Below are positions 27,983-35,743 of a stretch of 64,000 nucleotides of DNA, piece after piece (the first letter of the stretch is position 1; each line of letters starts with the position of its first letter). Source of the stretch: Candidatus Lutacidiplasma silvani. GTDB lineage: Archaea > Thermoplasmatota > Thermoplasmata > Lutacidiplasmatales > UBA184. The stretch covers positions 133,651 to 197,650 of the forward strand of contig JAKIVZ010000001.1 in assembly GCA_022750295.1 (NCBI GenBank), written 5' to 3'. The notes below the pieces were generated by a model. The model was not told the DNA's origin. It was given only the letters and a program-made list of their open reading frames with translations, and made no database searches. Position numbers and translations under genes: made by a program.

Positions 27983-28903
27983 ATGTCAGGGCCACCGGCA
28001 GCGTCGGGGACGTTGCGGCGGCTCTTCGACGCCGCCGGATACCGCGTCGACGACCGTCCGGCCGGGCTCCGCGCGTTCCGGCCGCGGGATCGCCGGGCGG
28101 TCCTCGTCGTCCGCGCGACCCCGGCGCCGACCGACGTCGAGACCGAGTTTCCCCCCGACGCGATCCACCGGACGCTGATCTACGCCGACGACCCGAGCGA
28201 CGCGGCCAAGGCGCTCGGCGCCGAGCACGGGATGGAGGTCCTCGGGCCGACCACCCTCGGGCCCGCGCTGGGCGAGCTCCTCCTCCCTCCCCCCGAGGCG
28301 CCCGTCTCCGAGGAGATGGAGAACGCCGAGCCGGTCGAACCCCCGGCGCAGGCGATCCCCGAGGGCGAGCGGACGGTCCGTCCTCGGCTGGGCCGACGCG
28401 ACGCCGAGGCGCTCGCCGGCCTCGACGGGGTCCGGTTCAGCCTCCGCCTCATCCCGTTCTACGTCGCCCCGTACCGGGTCCGGATCCCGACGCCCCACGG
28501 GCGGCCGGGGCCGACCAGCGACCACCTCGTCGCGGTGAACGCCCTCAACGGGCAGGTCGAGATCTGGGAGGCCGGCGAACGGGAGCTCGTCAAGGAGATC
28601 GACGAACCCCACCAGCGACTCGACCCGGCGCTCACCGACGCGGAAGCCCGCCAGGTCGCCGAGTCGACGATCCGACGGCGGCATACGGTCAGCGTGGACC
28701 ACACCGAGCAGCACGGTGGGGCGATCGTCATCGAGCGCCGCAAAGTTCCCCCGGCCGCGGAAGACGTGCGGATCGGGGTCTCGGTGCTCGTCCACGTTCC
28801 CTACTGGTATGCCGAGGGGTCGGACGGCCGACTCGTCCTCGATGCGGTGACCGGGACGCGGACCGCCCCGGACGCCCCCGGGATCGACGGGGTACCGAGC
28901 TAG
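27983..28903 (+). CDS. Hypothetical protein, degenerate Mrr-like N-terminal domain plus duplicated C-terminal domain
   Basis: LF..AGY.V N-terminus and AAKALGAEHGMEVLG. Two repeats carry PFY/PYW and end in VNALNG / LDAVTG. Confidence 0.55.
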   Translation: MSGPPAASGTLRRLFDAAGYRVDDRPAGLRAFRPRDRRAVLVVRATPAPTDVETEFPPDAIHRTLIYADDPSDAAKALGAEHGMEVLGPTTLGPALGELLLPPPEAPVSEEMENAEPVEPPAQAIPEGERTVRPRLGRRDAEALAGLDGVRFSLRLIPFYVAPYRVRIPTPHGRPGPTSDHLVAVNALNGQVEIWEAGERELVKEIDEPHQRLDPALTDAEARQVAESTIRRRHTVSVDHTEQHGGAIVIERRKVPPAAEDVRIGVSVLVHVPYWYAEGSDGRLVLDAVTGTRTAPDAPGIDGVPS

Positions 28904-28939
28904 CGCTCGTCCGGACGGGCGTTCCGACCTGCGCCTTAT

Positions 28940-29737
28940 TTGGGCCACGAAATTCCCGCGCGCGTGGAAGCGGCGCGGCTCCCGGACTCCCCGTCTCCCG
29001 GGGCCGAGTCGGGCCCCGAGACGTACGACCTTCGACAGAGGATGCCCACGCTCGAGGGACCGGACCCTCGGACGATCCGGCTCGTCGCCGTGGTCGGTGG
29101 CGGCGTGCTGGTCGTCGTCGGGCTGCTCCTGCTGACGCGGTTCCCTCTGGGCGAACCGGACCCGACGTTCGGCCAGAAGGTCGTCGTGCCGGTGGCGCTT
29201 CTCGCCCTCGGGGCCAGTTTTCTCGGGATGGCGGCGTGGTCGGCCCTGTTCGCCCGGCAAGGGACCGAGCTCGTCGTCGACGACGTCCACGTCGAGCTTC
29301 GGTTCTCGCGAGGACCCCCTGCGCAGTTCCGCTGGGACGACCCGAAACTCGAGGTCCACCTCTCCCACGCCTTCGAGATCGCCCCCCACCCGAAGCCCGC
29401 GCTCGGTTGGGTGATGAGCCAGCGCGGCCGTGGCCCCCGCGTGAACGGTCCGATCTCGATCGAGGGGGGCGACGCGCTGATTCGACGCGCCCCTCGCCTC
29501 GGGCTGGAGTCGACGAACCTTCGACGCGAGTTTCGGGGCCGGGGGGGAACGTTGGCGTACGAGGTCACGATCCTGGCCCCCCCCGGAAAGGCCCACATCC
29601 CGGGCCCCGACTGGAATCCCGTCACGGTGCCCCCGGACGGAGTCGCGGCGGTGGAAGCCCCCGCCGCCGAGCCGCCCCGGAAAGGTCCCCCCGAGGCGTT
29701 TAGCCCCCGGAAACCGCCGCGCCTCCCCCATTGCTGA
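28940..29737 (+). CDS. Hypothetical membrane protein
   Basis: Two TM helices followed by a soluble domain. The start may be ATG 29042. Confidence 0.5.
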   Translation: MGHEIPARVEAARLPDSPSPGAESGPETYDLRQRMPTLEGPDPRTIRLVAVVGGGVLVVVGLLLLTRFPLGEPDPTFGQKVVVPVALLALGASFLGMAAWSALFARQGTELVVDDVHVELRFSRGPPAQFRWDDPKLEVHLSHAFEIAPHPKPALGWVMSQRGRGPRVNGPISIEGGDALIRRAPRLGLESTNLRREFRGRGGTLAYEVTILAPPGKAHIPGPDWNPVTVPPDGVAAVEAPAAEPPRKGPPEAFSPRKPPRLPHC

Positions 29738-29870
29738 CGCGCCCTGCGAGTCGGACTTCCGCGCCCGCTCGCCTCGACCCGAGGGCGGCTCGCCGCGAAG
29801 CCCCGGCTCGCTGCGGGTCGGGACTTCTCGGCGTCGTGGTCCTACCCAAGAAGGGGAACGGTAAAGCCCC

Positions 29871-30500
29871 GTGCGGAATCCGCGACCCGTGCTCCTCGAA
29901 CAGTTCAACGTCGGTCCGTACCAGAACTTCACCTACCTCGTCGCCGAATCCGAGGGAGGCGAAGGGGTGGTGATCGACCCGTCGTTCGGGATCGAGCCGG
30001 TCCTCGCCGCCATCGACGCGAAGTCGGTGAAGGTCCGGTTCGTGCTGAACACCCACAGCCACCGCGACCACGTCGCGGGAAACGACGAGGTCCGGGCCCG
30101 GACCGGAGCGAAGGTCGTCGCCCACAAGGTCGCTCCGCTCCTCCAGGACGTCTCGGTCGTCGACGGGGACACGGTCGAGGCGGGCCGACTCAAGATCTCG
30201 GTCGTCCACACGCCCGGGCACACGAAGGACAGCGTCCTCTACATCTTCGAGGGAAACGTGGCGACCGGGGACACCCTGTTCGTGGGGGAGTGCGGGCGCA
30301 CCGACCTTCCCGGCGGGGACCCCTCGGAGATGTACGACAGCCTTCTGCACCGGGTCGTCCGGCTCGACGACGCGCTGGTGGTCCTCCCCGGGCACGACTA
30401 CGGTCCCACCCCCACGTCGACAATCGGCCGCGAGAAGAAGGAGAACTACACCCTCAAACCCCGCACGCGCGAACAGTTCCTCAAGTTCCTGAAGGAGTGA
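29871..30500 (+). CDS. MBL-fold metallo-hydrolase (glyoxalase II family)
   Basis: NTHSHRDH, HTPGHT, TGDTLF and LPGHDYG motifs. Confidence 0.92.
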   Translation: MRNPRPVLLEQFNVGPYQNFTYLVAESEGGEGVVIDPSFGIEPVLAAIDAKSVKVRFVLNTHSHRDHVAGNDEVRARTGAKVVAHKVAPLLQDVSVVDGDTVEAGRLKISVVHTPGHTKDSVLYIFEGNVATGDTLFVGECGRTDLPGGDPSEMYDSLLHRVVRLDDALVVLPGHDYGPTPTSTIGREKKENYTLKPRTREQFLKFLKE

Positions 30501-30507
30501 ATCCCGG

Positions 30508-31080
30508 ATGCCGCCCATTCCAGCGCCCGAGGGCCGAACCCTCTGGATCGTCGGCGCCCGCCGGACCGCGCCGGGAAAACCGACCCGGTCCCAGCTCATC
30601 GAGACCCTGCGGACCCTCGGGAAGGCAGGACCCGAGCTGGTCGCCCTCTTCGATGCCCGGTCGATCGCAAGCGAGCGGCACATTCTCTCGGCGTGGGCCC
30701 ACCTTGGTCGGTCCCGGGCCCGGGGGGAGGAGCGGCTCCGCGACCGGGGCGCCGAGTTCGCCCTGTTCGTGGCGGGCGACGACCAGCTCCCGCGGGCCCT
30801 CCAGAAGGTCGGGTTCCAGAACGACACCGAAGCGTTCGTGGTTGTCGGGGAGCGTCCCCGACTCCCGGCGGATGTCCTCGCGTCGTTCGGACTCAAGGAG
30901 GACCCGACGGCGTATCCTCGGCCCCTCACGGCCGAGACGCTCGACCGACTTGGGATCACCTCCGACGACCGTCAGGTCGTGCCCGAGCCGGCCTGGGAAG
31001 GGCTCGTGCTGGAGCGGATCGCGATGCTCGAGTTGTCGGCCGCGCACACCCCCGGTCGCCCTGCGGCCCAAACCTCATAG
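30508..31080 (+). CDS. cgi121: KEOPS complex subunit Cgi121
   Basis: FDARSIASERHI..AW...EFALFVAGDDQL..AL..VG and LVLERIAML motifs. Confidence 0.8.
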   Translation: MPPIPAPEGRTLWIVGARRTAPGKPTRSQLIETLRTLGKAGPELVALFDARSIASERHILSAWAHLGRSRARGEERLRDRGAEFALFVAGDDQLPRALQKVGFQNDTEAFVVVGERPRLPADVLASFGLKEDPTAYPRPLTAETLDRLGITSDDRQVVPEPAWEGLVLERIAMLELSAAHTPGRPAAQTS

Positions 31081-31111
31081 ACCGGGCCGTGGCTGGGCCC
31101 GAGCGTCGCGT

Positions 31112-31213
31112 GCAGGCGTAATCTAGCGGTAGGATGTCAGCCTTCCAAGCTGACTACCCGGGTTCGAATCGTCGGCGGGACCCTCCGCCGGCACGGCACT
31201 CCCGGCGCCTGCA
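31112..31213 (+). tRNA. tRNA-Gly(TCC) with a 31-nt intron at T-loop position 59/60 (31169-31199)
   Basis: Acceptor stem GCAGGCG/CGCCTGC+A, D-arm ATCT/GGAT, anticodon arm TCAGC-CTTCCAA-GCTGA and T-stem CCGGG/CCCGG. Removing 31169-31199 restores the TTCGAAT loop. Confidence 0.9.
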
Positions 31214-31320
31214 TGCGACGAACGCAACCGGGGCGTGTCCCGATCCCCCCCGCCGAACCCACCTTCCGATGACCGGGCCGGACTCGTCGGTTTCCGGCCC
31301 CGTCGACCCTCCCGCGCGAC

Positions 31321-31411
31321 GACCCACCTTTACCAACCGGGCCTATCTGCGCGGTAGTAAAGAATCGGCCGATTTTCTTTAACAACGGACTGATAGAGTC
31401 CTGGTCGGGTC
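31321..31411. repeat. Long imperfect inverted repeat, function unknown
   Basis: CCAACCGGG/CCTGGTCGG, CTATC/GATAG and TAAAGAA-TC/GA-TT-TTCTTTA arms centred on GGCC (31367-31370). Confidence 0.55.
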
Positions 31412-31512
31412 GACCGACCGGGAAGGGAGGGGCCCGACGGAGACGAGCCGGGGGACGGGTTCGTTGTTGGGCGGGGATTTATCGCCTCGGCCGGGCGTCC
31501 GTACTTGAGCGT

Positions 31513-31596
31513 GCTGAGGTAGCCTAGCTCGGGAAGGCGCCAGCCTTGAAAGCTGGTGGCGGCGACGCCTCGGGAGTTCAAATCTCCCCCTCAGCG
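31513..31596 (+). tRNA. tRNA-Ser(TGA)
   Basis: Acceptor stem GCTGAGG/CCTCAGC+G, anticodon arm CCAGC-CTTGAAA-GCTGG, long variable arm and T-arm GGGAG-TTCAAAT-CTCCC. TTTAT box at 31478-31482. Confidence 0.95.
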
Positions 31597-31640
31597 GTTC
31601 CGTCTCGGGCTGGCGAGCCGATTCGCTTGGCGGACGGATC

Positions 31641-32825
31641 CTACCCTGTCAGGGTTGGCATCATCCGCCTCATGAAGTCGTCGAATAACGGGACGGTGAA
31701 TTCGAGCAGGCCGTGCTCCGGACTGAACACCATTCCCTTGTTGATCAGATGAGCCCGCGTTGGCCCCATGCTGGTCACGTGGAACCCCAAGATCTCCGCC
31801 ACCCGACCGGTGGTTCGCTCGGGACCCGGGAGCTCGGCCATCGCCCGCAGGTACCTCCGTTCGCCGCGCGTCAGACGGTCGAATCGAACTCGGAAGAACC
31901 CCTCGTCGAGGCGTTGAATGACCATCGGCGTTGCGGCGTGCACCGATTCCAATCCGATTGGGGAGTCGTGGGCGCGGTTCCAGACCTGGTACGCCCACTC
32001 TTGGAGGAAGTACGGATAACCCTGGGTAAGCCGGAAGATCTCAGCCAGGGCCGCTGCGTCAATCTGAACTCCCGCGACCTGCAACGGCCGCTCGACCGCC
32101 TGCGCAGCCTCTCGGATTGGCAATGGGCCAATCGATGGATAGTCGAACAGCCGCTCGGCGTACGAACGGGCACGTCCCGCGAGCCCCGGCAACGTCGGGA
32201 GTCCCGCTCCGACGAGCACGAGGGGGAGCCCCTCTTGCTGGAGCCGATGCATTGCCATCGTCAAGGATCGCAGTTCGAGCTCCGAGAGGTACTGCATCTC
32301 GTCTATCAGGAGGGCGACTCGCGAGTCTCGCGCCGAAGCCGCCTGGGAAACGGCGACAAAGAGGTCCGCCAGATCGGCCTCCAAATTTCCGCTGTCGGCA
32401 ATCCCCGGCTCGGAGTCGAAGTCGAGATTCACGTTCAACCCCCCGTAGCTCACTCGAACCGCGGAGGCGAACGCCTTGAGCGCTCCGAGCGCCCGTCGGA
32501 CCTGAGCGTTGACGGCCGCCCCCCGATCGAGTTCCAGAAGTAAGGTCCGGAGTTGGGGCGTCAGGTTTTGGACGAGGCCCGATTGCTCGGGCGCCTCGAC
32601 CATCAGAGCATGGTATCCAGCTTCCGCCGCACGTCGCTTCACCTCGCTGAGAAGGACCGTCTTCCCGACTCCTCGGAGCCCGGTGAGCAGGATACTTTTC
32701 TCCGGCCGTCCCGCCCGGACCCGGTCGATGAGCAACTGAGCGCGCCTGAGGACGTCCTCCCTGCCGACGAGTTCGGGGGGGTAGACACCAGCTCCCGGCG
32801 AGAATGGGTTCGTGATCGGGTCCAC
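31641..32825 (-). CDS. AAA-family ATP-binding protein with C-terminal wHTH
   Basis: NPFSPGAG..PPELVGR, Walker A GLRGVGKT, Walker B LLIDEMQ, TQGYPYFLQ and LINKGMVF...FTVPLF. GTG start. Confidence 0.85.
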   Translation of the reverse strand: MDPITNPFSPGAGVYPPELVGREDVLRRAQLLIDRVRAGRPEKSILLTGLRGVGKTVLLSEVKRRAAEAGYHALMVEAPEQSGLVQNLTPQLRTLLLELDRGAAVNAQVRRALGALKAFASAVRVSYGGLNVNLDFDSEPGIADSGNLEADLADLFVAVSQAASARDSRVALLIDEMQYLSELELRSLTMAMHRLQQEGLPLVLVGAGLPTLPGLAGRARSYAERLFDYPSIGPLPIREAAQAVERPLQVAGVQIDAAALAEIFRLTQGYPYFLQEWAYQVWNRAHDSPIGLESVHAATPMVIQRLDEGFFRVRFDRLTRGERRYLRAMAELPGPERTTGRVAEILGFHVTSMGPTRAHLINKGMVFSPEHGLLEFTVPLFDDFMRRMMPTLTG

Positions 32826-32849
32826 GCCGACCGAACGCCCAGAAGTATA

Positions 32850-32886
32850 TCGACTTATTCGGTAGATTCGACATAAATCGGCATAA
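32850..32886. repeat. Four tandem 9-bp repeats in the ATPase promoter
   Basis: TCGACTTAT, TCGGTAGAT, TCGACATAA, (A), TCGGCATAA. Confidence 0.6.
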
Positions 32887-33127
32887 CTGCGGGCAGATCG
32901 TCCGGTCGGACACCGTACTCGGGTCCGCTTCGTAGGGCGGGGGTGGACGCGCCGGCGCCGCGCCATGGGGGCAAGCGGGAGACCGCTCACCGGGACGACG
33001 CTCGGTCCGGGGCCGACCCGCCGAAGGAGGGGGAGATATCGCCGACTAGGAGGGTAGGACCGAAATCACACTCGCCGCTCGTCTTTCGCGAACGGTTATC
33101 AATCGCGTGCCGCTCGCTCGACCTCCC

Positions 33128-35743
33128 ATGACCGAAGCGGCGGTTTCGTCGCCGCTGATGGAGCAGTACGAGGGGGCCAAGTCCCGGTATCCGGGCCACC
33201 TCGTCCTCATCCGCGTCGGCGATTTCTACGAGTCGTTCGGCGACGACGCGAAGCTCCTCGCGAAAGAGCTCGAGATCACGCTGACCGCCCGGTCTCCGGA
33301 TACGGCGGGCGACCGGATGCCGATGGCTGGCGTCCCGCATCATGCGGTCGACGGGTACCTCGGCCGACTGATCCGGAAAGGGTACAAGGTCGCGGTCTGC
33401 GACCAGGTCGAGGACGCCCGACTCGCGAAGGGCCTCGTCCGGAGAGAGGTGACCCGGGTCGTAACCCCCGGGACGGTGCTCGACGACCGGATCCTCGGTG
33501 GACCCGACCACAACTTCCTCGCGATGATCGCACTTCCCCCGGCCGGAGCCGCCGAATTCGCGGTCGTGGACGTCACGACCGGCGAGTGGTTCCGAGGGTC
33601 GGCCCCGTACGACGGCGTCGACGGGGCGATGGCCGCACTCGCGCCCTTCGGACCCCGGGAGATATTGTTCACGCCTTCCGACGAGAGTCGGTTGGGACGC
33701 TCCCTTAGGACCGGGCTCGCGGCGGAGTTCCGCGGGAGCCACATCGAAGGGGCGCCCCCGGCCCTCGCCGAGAGCGACGCGCCCGTGGCGATCGGACCGA
33801 ATCCCGGCGAAGCCGGCTTGCGCCTGGCGGCGTACCTGCGGACGGCCCAGCCGCGTCTCCTGTCGCTCCTCGCGCCGGTCGACGGGTTCGGCACCGTTCG
33901 GAGGCTGCGTCTCGACGCGAAGACCCTCCGCCATCTCGAGATCGCCCGACCGATGAACCCGGACGACCCCGAGGGGCCGACCCTCCTGTCCGCGTGGGAC
34001 GAGACCGCCACGGCGAGCGGTCGACGGACCCTCGCCTTCTGGCTCAAGCAGCCGCTCGCGGACGTCCCGGCGATCGCCGCCCGCCAGGACGTCGTGGCCT
34101 GGCTGATCGAACGGGGCGCGGCCCTGGAGCGGTGGCAGCGGGAGCTTCGCGGCGTGGGGGATCTCGCCCGGATCGCCTCTCGGCTCGTGGGCCGCCGGCT
34201 CCGTCCCCCCGAACTCGGGGCGCTCCAGGACGGCCTCGGAAAGGTCGCCCAACTCCGCTCCCGGTGCCTCGCCGAGCCCGACCGGCCGCGGCTTCTCGAA
34301 CGGCTTCTGCCCGCGCTCGAACCCCCCGCCGCCCTCACCGACCTCCTCGCCCGGGCCGTTCCCGAGGCGTTGCCCGCGACGGCCGAGAGCGACGGGCCGT
34401 TGTTCCGTGCGGGGTTCGCCGCGGCCGTCGACCGGGCCCGGATCGCCGAGGCCGATGGGCTCGCGGAGCTCGCCGCGCTCGAGCGGGCCGAGCAGGACGC
34501 GAGCGGGATCCGGAGCCTGAAGGTCGGGTACAACCAGGTGTTCGGCTACTACTTCGACGTCTCCAAGCCGAACCTCGCGAAGGTCCTCCCCCATTTCCGC
34601 CGGAAGCAGACGCTCGCCGGGGGCGAGCGGTTCACGTCGGACCGTCTCCAGGAGCTCGAGACGAAGATCTTGGCCGCCCGGACCGAGGCGGTCGACGCCG
34701 AGCGGGCGGCCTGGGAGGAGTTTCTCACGGCCGTCGAGACGCACGTCCCGGCCATCCACCGGCTGGCCCGGGCCGTTGGCGAGCTCGACGCCCTGATGGC
34801 GTTCGCGTCGGTCGCCCAGGGCCGGGGCCACGTCCGGCCCGTCGTGGACGAGGGGACGGAGCTGGTGATCCGCGAGGGGCGCCACCCGGTCCTCGACCGA
34901 ACGCTGGCCGGTCGGTTCGTGCCGAACGACACCGACCTCGACGCCGAGCGGTCTCGCCTCCTCGTGCTCACCGGCCCGAACATGTCGGGCAAGTCGACGT
35001 ACATGCGGCAGGTCGGCCTCCTCGTCGTCCTCGCGCAGGCCGGCGCGTTCGTGCCGGCGAAGTTCGCCCGGGTCGGTCTGGTGACCGGTCTCGCCACCCG
35101 GATGGGGTTCACCGACGAGATCGGCCGGGGGAAGTCGAGCTTCATGGTCGAGATGAGCGAGGTCGCGGAGATCCTTGCGAGCGCCGACGCCCGATCGCTC
35201 GTCCTCCTCGACGAGGTCGGGCGGGGAACGAGCACGTTCGACGGGCTCTCGATCGCGTGGGCGACGCTGCGGTACCTCCACGACCGGATCCGGTGCCGCA
35301 CGCTGCTCGCCACCCACTACCACCAGCTGACCGAACTCGTCGAGCGGCTCCCCTCGGCCACGAACGCCCACCTCGCCGTCCGGGACGGACCCGACGGCAT
35401 CGTGTTCCTCCACCGGCTCGTGCCGGGGAGCACCGACCGCAGCTACGGGATCCACGTCGCGAAGCTCGCGGGGCTTCCGCCCGAACTCGTCGCCGAGGCG
35501 GAGCGGTTGCTGAAGAAGCTCGAATCCGAAGGCGTGGAGCTCGGCGGCCCGGCGCGCCGGATCGCGCCGACCCGGTACACGCAGGCCATGCTGCTCCCGA
35601 CCGAGACGGCCGCACCCCCGTCGGATCCGATCGTCAACGAACTGCGGGCCCTCGACCCGGACCGGATGACGCCCGTCGAGGCGCTCGCCTGGATCCACGA
35701 GCGTCGGCGGCGACTCCCGCCGGCGGACCGAGGTCCCGCGTGA
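33128..35743 (+). CDS. mutS: DNA mismatch repair protein MutS
   Basis: GDFYE mismatch-binding motif, TGPNMSGKST, SSFMVEM, LDEVGRGTST and SYGIHVAKLAG. Confidence 0.97.
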   Translation: MTEAAVSSPLMEQYEGAKSRYPGHLVLIRVGDFYESFGDDAKLLAKELEITLTARSPDTAGDRMPMAGVPHHAVDGYLGRLIRKGYKVAVCDQVEDARLAKGLVRREVTRVVTPGTVLDDRILGGPDHNFLAMIALPPAGAAEFAVVDVTTGEWFRGSAPYDGVDGAMAALAPFGPREILFTPSDESRLGRSLRTGLAAEFRGSHIEGAPPALAESDAPVAIGPNPGEAGLRLAAYLRTAQPRLLSLLAPVDGFGTVRRLRLDAKTLRHLEIARPMNPDDPEGPTLLSAWDETATASGRRTLAFWLKQPLADVPAIAARQDVVAWLIERGAALERWQRELRGVGDLARIASRLVGRRLRPPELGALQDGLGKVAQLRSRCLAEPDRPRLLERLLPALEPPAALTDLLARAVPEALPATAESDGPLFRAGFAAAVDRARIAEADGLAELAALERAEQDASGIRSLKVGYNQVFGYYFDVSKPNLAKVLPHFRRKQTLAGGERFTSDRLQELETKILAARTEAVDAERAAWEEFLTAVETHVPAIHRLARAVGELDALMAFASVAQGRGHVRPVVDEGTELVIREGRHPVLDRTLAGRFVPNDTDLDAERSRLLVLTGPNMSGKSTYMRQVGLLVVLAQAGAFVPAKFARVGLVTGLATRMGFTDEIGRGKSSFMVEMSEVAEILASADARSLVLLDEVGRGTSTFDGLSIAWATLRYLHDRIRCRTLLATHYHQLTELVERLPSATNAHLAVRDGPDGIVFLHRLVPGSTDRSYGIHVAKLAGLPPELVAEAERLLKKLESEGVELGGPARRIAPTRYTQAMLLPTETAAPPSDPIVNELRALDPDRMTPVEALAWIHERRRRLPPADRGPA

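Noticed and set aside
31354-31383. Possible XerA dif site (AA-TCGGCC core)
   Set aside because: The core resembles the Pyrococcus spacer as I recall it, but the flanks do not form matching 11-bp arms around a 6-bp spacer. Kept only as an unexplained palindrome.
31331-31410. Possible integron attC site
   Set aside because: The ends (TACCAAC / GTCGGGT) deviate from RYYYAAC / GTTRRRY, and there is no cassette array or integrase.
31412-31440. CCGGGAAGGGAG resembling SRP RNA helix 8
   Set aside because: The surrounding conserved CCAGG/AGCA pairing and the rest of the 7S structure are absent.
32850-32886. Possible CRISPR remnant
   Set aside because: Units are only 9 bp, with no spacers and no cas genes.
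33994-35739. Apparent 1170-aa MutL with a large N-terminal extension
   Set aside because: The extension is an Arg/Pro/Gly-rich alternative frame inside mutS. The real MutL starts at GTG 35740, overlapping the mutS stop.
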